In this document: piece by piece, positions 47,833 through 60,100 of the stretch
Layout: each line of letters begins with the position of its first letter
Numbering within the stretch: the first letter of the stretch is position 1
Source of the DNA: Myxococcota bacterium
GTDB taxonomy: Bacteria; Myxococcota_A; SURF-8
Assembly: GCA_963674735.2 (NCBI GenBank)
Contig: CAXXQS010000002.1
Location: 1,344,001 to 1,408,000 of the forward strand
Length of the DNA: 64,000 nt
Direction of reading: 5' to 3'
Notes under the pieces: model-generated
The model's input: only the letters and a program-made list of their open reading frames with translations
What the model was told of the DNA's origin: nothing
The model's database searches: none
Translations under genes and position numbers: made by a program

Positions 47833-50800
47833 ATGGTACGTTGGGCCGGAAATAACGGAATAATGGTCGGAATGACCTTGTTGCTCGTCGCCTTCTTGGT
47901 GATCGCCTGCGGAGGTGGATCGGAAAGCCAGCCGGGCGATGACAGCTGTGGACCTCACGGCGAGCGCGTGGGTGGTGTTTGCGTGTGCGACGACGGCTAT
48001 ATTGCCAGCGGTGACACCTGCATCCCTTTGCCCGACCAGGATATCGATATCGACCGGGAGCCGGATGATCCCACCGACGGCGATGTCCCGGGCGATGAAG
48101 ACAAGCCGGTGGATGCCGATGTCGATGGGGACGATCCCGACGGCGATGTCGATGGGGACGATCCCGACGGCGACCAGGATACCGTGCCGTGTAACTGCCC
48201 GGTAATCAACGGAACTTTCTGTGTGGATCCGCTGATCGTCAACCCGGCCGATTATCGCCAGGTGGAAATCAGCTCTGCCCAGCAACCCGGCTGCAAGCTG
48301 CATGTGAACGTGCGCACGTCGCGGCAGGTGGTGTTCGATGGTGAAATATCTTGTGATGCAAACGGCCACTCGCTTTTGGCGGCTTTGGGCTGTGATTTCA
48401 GTTATGATGGGGTGGCGGGGGCTATTTACGTATTCTGCGATCCCTATACCTACAGTTTTAAAAGTGAATTCTGTGCAACGGGCGATGCCGATCTCGATCC
48501 GGAAGCGGATACCGACGGCGACCTCGATCCCGATCTCGAACCGGATCTCGATCCCGATCTCGAACCGGAACCGGACAGCGACGGTGATACGGACGGTGAT
48601 ACGGACGGCGATACGGATGGGGACACGGATGGCGATACGGATGGGGATACGGACGGCGATCTCGAATTAGGGTGTGAATTCGGTGCGTTGGCTTGCCAGG
48701 GCAACATGGTTTATAGCTGCAATATGGACGGCCAGTGGGAGTTCAGCCTGGATTGTGCGCTTTCCAGCTTGATTTGCATGGACGGCTATTGCGTTCCGGA
48801 AATCGTGGACGGTGACGATACCGATAGCGATCAAGTCGATGGAGATGTGGAATCCGGTAAATGCTTGAACGATGCGGATTGTGCGGACTATCAGATCTGC
48901 CACCAGCAATCGGGCGAGTGTATTGATGGATGTCATCCCCAGGAACGTCCTTGTCCGAACGGTCAAACCTGTGAAACCACTGGCTTCTGCAGTGGCGACC
49001 CCACTTCCTGCACCACCGAAAATGAGGATGAGGTTTGCGGTTGGGGGCACTACTGCAGTGCGGATAGCAACACCTGCGTGCGCGAATGCTGGGCCTTGCA
49101 GCCTTGCTGGTCGCCCACGGTTTGTATTCTCGATAAAGGACGCTGCGGTCAGGCTTGTAGCAATCATGGCGACTGCCCCGAGTGCAACTACTGTCGAAAT
49201 GAGCAGGGCTGCTACATCGGCGAATGCTGCTTCGATTCCCAGTGCGAAAACGGGAGTTGCATCGACGCGTTCTGCGTCCCCGATTCGATCGACGGCGATG
49301 AGGATATCGAACCGGATGCCGAGATCGAAATCGAAGAAGAGCCGCTTCCTTGTAGTGTCGATAATCCTTGTGATTACGGGTACTATTGCTCGGGTGGCGA
49401 GTGTCGCCAAGACTGCGCGAGTGCTGAGGAATGCGAATTGGCCAACGGCGGCGGCAATTGGAACTGCAACGAGTTCGGCCAATGCGAATCCCTGCCTTGC
49501 ACGACGAATGACCATTGCCAGGATCACTATTTCTGTTTCGAAGGCAACTGCGTGCAGCAATGCCTCTATGATAATCAGTGTGCGCACTACGAGTTCTGCA
49601 CCGAGTTCGGCCAGTGCGTCACCAAGCCCGATTATGAAGAAGAGGTGGTGCCCGACTGCACCGAGGATGCCCACTGCGATGAATATCATTACTGCGGTCC
49701 GGAAAACACCTGCATTCAAGATTGCGCCACCGACCCCGAGTGTCAAACGCAGTATGGCGAGTTCTGGATCTGCGGTCCGCACGGCCATTGCATGGATAAC
49801 GCCAGCGATTACGCCGAGGATGAGTGCACCGAGGATGCGCATTGCGCGCCGGGTTATTACTGCCAGGATTACGAATGCAGGCAGGATTGCACCCCGCCGC
49901 GTTACGGCTGCGGTTACGACCAGATCTGCGACGAGTTCGGACGTTGCGTGGCTTGCGGCGGCGATACCGACTACGAGTGTTTCATGGGCAATCTGGAGTA
50001 TGATTACGACGAATTCGCCGGATCCTGCAACACCATTTACGATTGTCCCGAATGGTATTTCTGCAACAATAGCGGTATCTGCGAAACCGAATGTCTGCCC
50101 AACTGTCCGGAGGGCAGCACATGCAGCTTGGCTACACGCCGATGCGAGACCTATGAAATCATCGTGCCGGACTGCGACTATGACAGCGATTGCCCGGCCA
50201 CTGAAATCTGCAATGCCGATTTCAAATGCGTCGCGGGTGATTGTCAGACGGACAACGACTGTGGCGCGGGTGCCGTTTGTGTGGATCAGCGTCGTTGCCA
50301 AATCGTTGAAACCGAGTGCACCAGTGATTTCAACTGTCCTCTGGGCCTGTTCTGTGATGAAGCGGATCACGTTTGCCGGATTATGTGCAACAGCTACGTT
50401 CCGTGTGTCTCTGATATCTGCAGCGATCATGGAATGTGCGTGCCTGAAGGAACGACGCAGGTCGGGACGAGTTATTCCTGTTCGGGCGACACCCAATGTC
50501 CCAGCTATTCCCATTGCGAAGGTGGCTTCTGCATGACCGAATGCCGACCGCCCAATGTTCTGTGTCCCAACAATAACATCTGCACGACGCGCGGAGTCTG
50601 TGAGTTATTGACTACCGACGGTGATGTGGATCTCGATCCCGAACTCGAGCCGGAAATCGAAGAAGAGGCCGAGCCCGACTTCTTCATCATCCCCTGCGAA
50701 TCGGACAACGATTGTCCCTTCCATCTGTACTGCGACACCCAGGCTGCACCGAAGCGTTGTTGGGCGGAATGCCTGGGGAACCAGCATTGCCAGTCGGGTC

Positions 50801-51018
50801 AGGTGTGCAGCAATCGCGGGGCTTGCGTATCGGCGGATACCGAGCAGGATGAGAATCAAACCTATCCGACCTGTACCTACGATCAGGACTGCCCACAAGG
50901 GAGTTACTGTTGGTTGAATATCTGTCGCGCGGACTGCGCCGACGTCGAAAATCCCCCGATTTCGCTGCCTTGCGAACCGGGTCAAACCTGTTATGCGGAG
51001 CGTGGAAAATGCCTGTAA
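47833..51018 (+). CDS. Cys-rich repeat lipoprotein (~1060 aa) with EGF-like module and DGD linkers
   Basis: Lipobox VIAC; many C-x2-D-x2-C-x5-C-x4-6-C modules; ATG after AGAAGGA. Confidence 0.85.
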   Translation: MVRWAGNNGIMVGMTLLLVAFLVIACGGGSESQPGDDSCGPHGERVGGVCVCDDGYIASGDTCIPLPDQDIDIDREPDDPTDGDVPGDEDKPVDADVDGDDPDGDVDGDDPDGDQDTVPCNCPVINGTFCVDPLIVNPADYRQVEISSAQQPGCKLHVNVRTSRQVVFDGEISCDANGHSLLAALGCDFSYDGVAGAIYVFCDPYTYSFKSEFCATGDADLDPEADTDGDLDPDLEPDLDPDLEPEPDSDGDTDGDTDGDTDGDTDGDTDGDTDGDLELGCEFGALACQGNMVYSCNMDGQWEFSLDCALSSLICMDGYCVPEIVDGDDTDSDQVDGDVESGKCLNDADCADYQICHQQSGECIDGCHPQERPCPNGQTCETTGFCSGDPTSCTTENEDEVCGWGHYCSADSNTCVRECWALQPCWSPTVCILDKGRCGQACSNHGDCPECNYCRNEQGCYIGECCFDSQCENGSCIDAFCVPDSIDGDEDIEPDAEIEIEEEPLPCSVDNPCDYGYYCSGGECRQDCASAEECELANGGGNWNCNEFGQCESLPCTTNDHCQDHYFCFEGNCVQQCLYDNQCAHYEFCTEFGQCVTKPDYEEEVVPDCTEDAHCDEYHYCGPENTCIQDCATDPECQTQYGEFWICGPHGHCMDNASDYAEDECTEDAHCAPGYYCQDYECRQDCTPPRYGCGYDQICDEFGRCVACGGDTDYECFMGNLEYDYDEFAGSCNTIYDCPEWYFCNNSGICETECLPNCPEGSTCSLATRRCETYEIIVPDCDYDSDCPATEICNADFKCVAGDCQTDNDCGAGAVCVDQRRCQIVETECTSDFNCPLGLFCDEADHVCRIMCNSYVPCVSDICSDHGMCVPEGTTQVGTSYSCSGDTQCPSYSHCEGGFCMTECRPPNVLCPNNNICTTRGVCELLTTDGDVDLDPELEPEIEEEAEPDFFIIPCESDNDCPFHLYCDTQAAPKRCWAECLGNQHCQSGQVCSNRGACVSADTEQDENQTYPTCTYDQDCPQGSYCWLNICRADCADVENPPISLPCEPGQTCYAERGKCL
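48118..48171 (+). repeat. exact 27-bp tandem duplication (DVDGDDPDG x2)
   Basis: GATGTCGATGGGGACGATCCCGACGGC twice. Confidence 0.9.
48520..48660 (+). repeat. coding tandem repeats: 24-bp DLDPDLEP x2 and 12-bp DGDT x~7
   Basis: Read directly from sequence. Confidence 0.9.
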
Positions 51019-51122
51019 AGACAAGGCTGAACGAAACACCAAGCCGGGTTCTCTGCGACCCGGTGGGATACGATCGACAGACCCCGCGTCAAACCCGTTG
51101 TGCGGAACGGCTGGAGGCCACC

Positions 51123-54100
51123 ATGAAAGCCCCCGAGAGAGCACTTACCAGGAAGTCCCTCCTCTACGCCTTGGCGTTGATCGTCGGGTTCATGTTGCTG
51201 GCACCACAGCCGGAGGCGCAGGCTTATACGCTCTACAGTGCAAACAACTATTGGATCAGTGCCGCTCCAACCTTGGATTACAATAATAGTAATTCGACCT
51301 ACCTAGACTATTACGACCGAAACTACAACGCCTATGCCGGCGCTCGCATTGTCGCGCACACCTGCCACCAAAATGCAAAGGGGCGTGGTTTTCTTCGCTA
51401 TTATCGCCGTTATGGAAACAATACGGGGAGTTGGCAGTATAGCGATTCTTATGCCTGCCCTTCCAATGGTTCTTCGCCGCCAGGAACGACAGCCTCAAAC
51501 GGTGGGTATATTTATGAATTTTCCGATTACAACAACCTCGGCTTTGGCTCCTCGGCCACCAGCACGCAATATGCCGTTAAAATGCGGATTTACGCACGGA
51601 ATCCCAATACGGGCGGATATTATGATGGACCCCAAACTTACTACATTCGCCATCGCATCGATAACGGCTGGCCGGGTACGTCGAACCAGATCAACACTTT
51701 CTACTCCAAATGCACTGGTGCAGCCGCCAGCACAACGAATGTCGATTGTTCGCCCAATACTTGCGCGGGCAAAAACAGTTGGTTTGTCTGCAATAGTACG
51801 TGGAACTATTACGCGAGGGATTACGGTGACTATGCTTTCACATCGAGCACGGATTTCTCGCGCGGGCATCGGGTTACCAGCCTCAAAACCGGGCATGACA
51901 GCAGTTCTTATGCCAACTCCAACCCGACCACCGGTTGGCTGGCCGGTCTGGATATCACTAACCAAAATCTGGCTACCGGCCTTCGAACCATTTACATGCA
52001 TGGCTGGGGCTGGGATTCGTTTACGGCCGGCGGCGATGCGGATAAGCAGCGCCGCTTGGGTCGCCACCGCTATTACTACCGTTACGATAACAACATGCCG
52101 ACTCTGGCCCAGAAAACGGCAGGCGGTGGCCCGACGGCCGGGCGTTGGTATAACACCGGCGGGTGGGATATCAAGTGGGAGCTGGCGGATACGATTTCCA
52201 AGCCGCGCTGGGGGTTTGTAGACGGACCCACCGGGGATCTGACCTGCACGTCCTCCACGAGCTCCGGTTGTGGCGGCAATTCCGGTGCGTTCGAAATGGG
52301 GCGCACGCTCAATGAGGTTCGAAACGGCGCCTACGGCGGCATCACGCTCTATTATTCCGGCTGCGATTATTCCGGGCGGGGTTTTGGCACCCATTCAACC
52401 TATTGTCTGACCGATGGCACCTACAACGATCCCCGCAAATCGGCCACGTATTACTACGACCGAAATAACCCTTATGTCTCGGTTACCTGCAGCACGGGCA
52501 CCTGTCCGGCCAATGGCTGGGTCAATTCGGATTTCTCTGTATATTTCGATGGTAAGGATAATAGTTCGAGTACCAACGCCGGGCCGTGGAAGCTCTATTA
52601 CAGAACGCTGAGCGGCGAATATTCGAGCTTTACGGTAGACACCAGCCACTGTACCAGCACCCCTGTAACGGATTCGACCCCCTCCTATAATGAAACGGTT
52701 CGCTATACCTGGTCGGTTGGTTCAAGCTTCGGCGCGACGGGTAAAACCACCTGTGCCAGGATTTACGATGGCTCTTATGATGATTCAAATCATCAGGGCG
52801 CCCGCAGTGCCGCGAGCACCTGCAAGTTCTACAAGTATGATGGCCACAATCCCACGATCACGATGTCGAATTCCGGATCCTGCTGCGTGCCCAGCACAAG
52901 TAATTGTTACCTGGGCGATGACGGCGATAACATCACGCTGACCTTGCATGACGACGAAGAGCTCAAGCGGGTCGATTGCAACTGGACGACTTCCAGTTCA
53001 TCCTCCTATCCCAGCCAGGGCGGAGGCACGCGGGGTGCCAACTTGACGGGCCAGAATGCCACGTTCAACACCCAGTACGACGACGCCACCAGCACCGGCG
53101 AAGGCACGCGCTACTTGTGGTGCAAGGTTTGGGACACCACCGGTCGGTCCGCTACAGTCAGTGGCTACTTCAAGCTCGACCGCAATCCGCCGACGACCTC
53201 GGTGACCTCGAATTACCCTTATTACACGAATGCGAGCCAGAGTAACATCTCGTGGAAAAACGGCACTACGCCGACCTTCTACGGCAATGCCAGCAAGGGA
53301 ACCAACGATAGCGCTATTCAGAAATATCAGTGGGAACTCAATGAGACGACAAGCTCTGAACTAAGTTACACCGGCAGTTCGCCGATGGCCAGTTGGGCTA
53401 TTAGCCCCAGCCCGGGCAATCTGGATCGCCAGGGCCGCAACGATTTCAAATTCAAAACGCGCAATTCGGTGTGCACCGCGCACGAAAGCCATGCCTGGAG
53501 CGGCTGGTCCACCATCTATATCTGGCGCGATACGCTGGGTCCCGATAGACCGGGTCGACCCACAACTCCCGGCGGTCGCTACACCTCGGACAACACCCCC
53601 ACCTTTACCTTTACGCCGACTCAGGGTGATTGTGTGCCGAGTTCGGCCACCTCAACCAGTTGCGGCAGCTACACGCGAAACGCCAGCACCTACAGCTCGT
53701 TGTATTCGGGAATCAAAGATTCGAATATGTACCGCTATTATTTGAGGGAAACTACGGGCGGTTCAAACCTTTCCAACAACTATTTCACTTGCACGTCCAC
53801 CTCGTCCTGTTCGTTTACTCCCAGTTATACCCTGCAAACCGAACGAGACTATGTGTTGTTGCTGCGTGTGTATGACAAAGCCGGGAAATACGGGAACGCC
53901 GACAACACGACAGACGCCGTTACGGGTAGCAGCTCGACCTGGGTTTACTTTACCTACGATCACTCGGCTCCGAACACGCTTTCGGCCGTGCCAAGCGCCG
54001 TCGCGGATGCCAATGTGAGCACCAATCGCACCTATTATTCAAGTGGTACTTCGGTTAACGTGACCACCAAGGCGCGGGATGCCCTGGGTTGGGCACCGCT

Positions 54101-57100
54101 TTACGTGGCCATCTCGACCACTAAATATGGTACGACTGATTGCAATAATGCCGGTTTGGCCGGTGCCTGGCGGAGTATGGGCGGCAGCCTTAAAACGACC
54201 AGCGAGTTGACCTACACCTATTCCGTGAGCGATTTCAGCAGCTCGGGCACGAATTATTACGTCTATTTCAAAGACTCCGGCAACAACTGCGTGGCCTACA
54301 ACACCACCAGCGGGCCGGGCTACACCTTCAAAATCATCAAAGATACCGCGCCGCCCGCCAACCCGCAGCTACGCGTTTACTCCTCTACCAGCAGCAACAA
54401 CTGCAGCAATATCGGCTCCGGCACCGCCCGCACAACCTCGCGTGACGTGAAGCTCGTGGCCTGTGTCACCAATGCGTCCAGCGAGCCGAATCTGAAGGTC
54501 TTCGCCGAGGATAACTGGATCCGCAATTCCGGTTTCGACACCTCGCGGCCGAGCGATTACAACGACAACCACGGCACGACCACCGAGTCGGACCATTGGT
54601 ACAATCCTGGTAATCGTGGCCTTCGCAAGCAAACCAGCGTGTGGGGCACCAGCACCTGGGCCAATGAATACACGGCCAGCAGCACCGCTGCATATGAAAT
54701 TGGAATTTCTCAGTGCTTGTTTGGTTGTGGTGGAGCTGGCACCTATTGCCCGTCCGGCGACAACCTCAGTTGTCCGGTGAGCGGAACGCCGGGTAGCAAC
54801 CAGTTCCAGGACAAATGGACCCAAGCTCCCTCGGGTTGGTCTTGGCATACCAATTACCGCTACTATTGCAACGCTGTTGGAACAAGTGGCAACGACTATT
54901 ACACAAAGGTTTACGGGGCATCAGGACAAGGAACGGCCTTTTTCTTTGATTGTCCGTCTATTGGTTCAACCGGTTATCGGTCAAACAATGAGACCTTGAC
55001 CAACATAGGGAGCTATTTGGCATTCGCCTTCAAGGAAGATCAGGATCTTTCATCCGGCAAAGTAACGGTGGATAATTTCGAATTCTACCGCTACCCGACC
55101 TCCTCCACCCCCAACGACAGCAACACATCACTCAACGATCTGAACGAGTGGATGGGTTGGAAGAGTTGGTCGGGTACCTCGAGCGGCTCGTTCAACTGGA
55201 AGCTGCCCGAAGGCGATGGCCCGCACAAGGTCTACGCTTGGTTCAAGGATCAAACCGGCAACATCACCACCTCGGCCGCCACCGCCACGATCATTCTCGA
55301 TCGCCGCGCGCCCTGGGGCGGCCTGGTGGTCGCCGCGCCGACCTCCACCGAAACGATCGATGGGCGGCGCTATACTTCGGCACCCCGGCCGCAGCTGCGC
55401 TTGCGCGCCTACGACGACTGGACCACCGGATCCGGCATGCGGGCCGCGCTGTCGCTCAACAACTCGACTTACGGAAGCTATTTTGGCATCTCCCACGGCG
55501 ATCAGACCCTCGATGTATCGAGCACGTATTGGCCGGGGCTTAGCGGCGCGGTCAACGCCACCACCGGCAACACAGTTTACGCTCGCTTCAAGGACGGCGG
55601 CGACAACACCACGTCACACACGATTGCCTCGGCGATCTATCTGGATCGTAAAAAGCCGGAACTGGCGGCTTCCCTGGCAACCGCCAATCAGGGTTACACC
55701 AACGAAAACGTGACGGTACGGATCACCACCCTGAAGGACAACTGGCCCTACATGGATGGTAGCAACAAAAAGCTGCGCGTCTGCATCAAGCACAAAAACA
55801 GCACGGGCGATACGGCCACTCCGACCTACGACGATCCCAGCGCCACCGGAAACTGCTGGCAGAACATCAGCGTCAGCGGCACCAGCTATTATTCCGGTAC
55901 CGCCGATCTGGCCTACACGCTTACCGGCAACAAGAACGAAAACAAAACGGTCTACGTCTGGGCCGTCGACGGTAGCGCGAAACGCTACGGCATCGATCCG
56001 TTGAACATCGCCGGACCGGTGACGATGACCACCTTCCTGGACGGCACGCCGCCGACTTGTGCGAGTATCGTCGCCTACGGCAAAGATCGCAACAACGCCG
56101 ATGATTCCAGGTTCTTCAATGACGGCACCGTCAAGGTCGTGGTGAAGGCCACCGATGTGGCGGGCGTCTCGGGTGTGCGTCTCTCCAATTCGACGAGCTT
56201 CTCGGGCGGTTGGACTTCCATGGCGTCCTGTACAGGTGGCTATTGCGCCACCGTGGCCACTTTCGACATCAACGAAGCCGCCACTACTCCCAAGGTTTAC
56301 GCTCAGTTCCAGGATACCCTCGGCAACTATACCACCAGCGGTTTCTGCAGCGATACGATTACCTACGACATCACCGGCCCGCAGAAGGCCGCCGTGCAGA
56401 TCGTGGGTAACGTGCCCGGCGACATCAACAAGACCAACACGCCGAACGTCAAGCTGAAAGTCGGCGCGTATGTCGGCACGGCTACGCCGGGCGCCGTCTC
56501 GGGTATTACGGAAGGCTGGACCAACACCACAGCCAATCCCCTGTATTATCGGGTGTGTCGCAATCTAACCGGTAACACCAACTCCGACTGCTGGCCGAAC
56601 GCCTCGGGTTGGCTGGCCTTGCCGTCCAGCGGCGATGTGCCGACCGGGACGACCACATTCAACCTCGGCGAATGTAGTGTAGGTCTGGCAAGTTGCACCA
56701 AATCGGTCTACCTGTGGCTGTCCGATCAGGGCGGCAACGATTCGGCCCCCAATCAGAACGGCGCCTATCCGGTCCGTACGGATACGGTCACGCTCGATAG
56801 CAATAAGCCGGTCTGCACGGCGTCGGTGACCTCGGCCGACTTCAGTTACACCAGCGACCACTTCACCGACGACCCGATCTTGAACGTCAGCATCGATCGG
56901 GAAGGTAATACCGATATCAGTCATTACTGCCTGTGTACGGGCGACACCAACGCCTTGCCGTCGTCGGCCGGTAGTACAAGCGATTATTGCGCGGACAATA
57001 CCAGCAATGGGCGTTGCACCGGTTGGACCTCGATTCCGGTCAGCAACACGACCCAATGGACGCTTTACAGTGGTGCCGCCGCATCAGCGCCCCAGGGCGA

Positions 57101-60100
57101 CAAGCACATGTGGATTTTCTGTCGCGACAGTTCCTACAACATCAGTTGCGATCCGAAAACCGAAACCTGTGCGGCGCAAGACTACGCCAAGATCGATACC
57201 AAGGCTCCGGCGATTCCGGCGCAGAACATTCATGTGAAAGACAGCTCGCACCCGCTGCAGACGAACCAGAAGAACGCGAAGATCACTTGGGGTAGCTCCT
57301 ACGATACCTACGGTGAATGTAGCGGTAGCGGCACCTGTGGCGGTGGCACCTGCATCAGCCAATTCTGTTCACCGGCGGTCGCCAGTGGATTGGTGGGCTA
57401 TCAGGCTCGTTACAAGCTCGATACGGCTTCAACCTGGAAACCGACTGAAAACGTTTTCAATCTGACCGCCTACCCTTATCCGCAGGATATGATTTGGGAT
57501 CCGGTTTATAACTTCGAGCCGGACGGCCACTGGCAGATCCAGGTCAAAGCGGTCGACAAGCTGTATCAATCTTCCGAAGTGGACCACGCCAATCCGGCCG
57601 GTTCTACCTGGCAGCAGGTTTCCGTCCTGGTCGACACGACGGGTCCGCAACCTTACAACCCCGTGGATGGCGCGGCGATCACGCTTTACGAACCGAACTC
57701 AAGCTGTGGGACGAGTTTCTACACGCACGCGAGCAAAAAAGTCACGGCTTCCAATGCGATCGATATCGCCATTAACGCCAAAGACGCCTTGGATCCGGAT
57801 GGCCAGGGAACGAATTGGCGGGAGGCGACCGCCACCGTTATGGGATTCTCCGTGGTCGCGGCCACGGCGGATTGCCCGCAAAACACGGCGGTTGATTATC
57901 GTTACATCTTCGAAGCGGATGAATGCTTCCAGGGCGTGGATGGGGGTGGCCAGCAGTGGAGCAATGGCTTCCCGATCGTAAGTGGCACCCCGGCAACCAC
58001 GGTCGAAAAGAAGATCTGCGGGCATTTCCGCGATTGGATCAACAACTACTCGCCGGCGGTTCGCAATGATGCGGATTTCGTGGCTCTCGTAACTTACGAC
58101 CGCGAAGGTCCCTATGCCTCCGGTCTGCCCAGCACCGACGAGGATGTGCACAATACGCCCAAGCCCAACTGGACTTGGACGGCCTCGACCGGTGACAAGG
58201 CGCGTGCTCTGGCGAGCACGGGCGACAGCTGTCCGGGCGCTCCGTATCGTCTGCGTTACTGGATGGGACCGGTGGGCGGCGAAACGGCCGGACCGTATTA
58301 TTCCAAATCCTTGACCACCAACCAGATGACGAGCATCGATTATAACACGGGTCAGGAACTGATCCCCGGTGTGTGGAACGCCGTCGTGGAAGTATACGAT
58401 GCGAAATGCTACAAGACCGACTCGACTGCGGGCGAAACCGAGTACGATACTTCTGTGTCTTCGGATAACAAGGTTTCAATCTTAAGCCCGGCCGATAACA
58501 GCAACAAGTTTACCAACAAAGCGGCGGTGGATCTGTCGATTTCGACGGTCGATACCGATATCGAGAAATACGTCACCTGGAACTGCAACAACGGGGAGTC
58601 GACCCCGCTTCTGGGCACTTGGACCCCCTACAGCAGCGATGGTTCCATCGGTGGCTGGACACTCGATGTCAGCGGCATCTCCACGCCGAAGGGAACCGTC
58701 AAGGTTTGTTATCGCTTCCTCGATGCGGCGGGCAACATCACCTGCGATCCCGTTGCCAGTCCTTCTTGCGATCCGTCTCACGGCCTCGATTTCGCGCCGC
58801 AGATGGATACGATCATTTACGACAAGTGGGCCCCGACCAACGACGGCGATGCTATCGCCGTGGCGTCTTTAAGTGACGGACCCGACCCCTTCTACACGAA
58901 TCAGTCTTCGGTTGCGGTAACGCTCTCCGCCAAGGACGGCAATTCGGATGAGTGGACGTCCCTGCGCTATGCGATCGCCAATGCCGCCGACGGCAGCAGC
59001 CCGGCGAATCCCGCTTCCAGTGTTGGTAGTTGGCAGGCCTTTACGTCGCCGCTGGATATCGCCAGTCATTCGCTGGGTGTTTCCGGCGACGCTTGCGATG
59101 CCAACGGGCAGCGCGATGTCTATGTTTGGTTTGCCGATCAGGGTGCCTTGATTCCGGGCGACGGACCGACCGAATACAACCGGACACCAAACGGCTCGCC
59201 TTACAAAGACTCCATTTTCTTCGATAACTGCATGCCGCAGCCGGTGGATACCTCGGTGCCGCACATCGTCAAAGTCGGCGGGATCGACCCGAACGCCACC
59301 GATGATGCGACGCCCGAATGGACCTGGCCGGCTTTCGCCGATCCGGGTTCGGCGAGTTCTACCGGCGCGGGCTTGTGCACCGCTGCGCTGTGCAATACGG
59401 CCAGCATCAAGGGTACCTACCAGATCTGCTGGAGCAATTACGAAAGCAGTTGCGCATGGTCGACGGATGCACCGTATTTCCGCGATACCAACAGCTACAC
59501 CCACACGAGCGCCCTGAATCCGGGCGTGTGGTATTTCCATGTTCGCGCCTATGACCGCGCCGGGAATGTGTCCGACACCTTGGTCGGTTCCGCCACGGTC
59601 GTGGATGTGCAAAAACCGAGCAAGCCAATCGTTTCCGCGTTTGACGACGATCCGCTTAACCAGCATCTTGCCTCGGCGCGTCTCGTGATCGATGCCGCAG
59701 ATGGCAACGACGGCAGTGCGGTGGATTACGCCATCAAGGTGGCCAATGTTTCCAATGGCGCTGGTGGAACGATGTGGGTCGGTGACAGCGGTGTTTTGGA
59801 AACCGATCCCGTCTGGCAGAGCCGTAACACCTGGAACGGCGATGGCAGCGGTGTGATCATCAAGGAACTGGAAGACAGCAAGCTCTACATCTTCACCTTG
59901 ATTGCGAGCTTCGATCAGGGCGGCGAGTATCCGTCCGATGACTTCGCCTCCGTGCGGGTGAACGACCGTACGCCGATTCTTCCCCCGACGCCCACGGCTT
60001 CGGCGGATGTCGGAAACAATCAGGTTGATCTCTCCGTCAGCTACAAAGATCCTACCAGTACGCGCTTCCCGGCGGCTGTTTGGGATGCGAATGCGGAACG

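Noticed and set aside
48667-50536. 615-aa - strand and 554-aa alternative-frame ORFs
   Set aside because: Shadows of the Cys-repeat lipoprotein caused by codon bias
51019-51122. Riboswitch or terminator before the giant gene
   Set aside because: Only short hairpins (CCGGGT/ACCCGG), no U-tract and no recognisable aptamer consensus
51225-55100. Diversity-generating retroelement
   Set aside because: No reverse transcriptase, Avd or TR/VR pair visible in this window; kept only as a testable hypothesis
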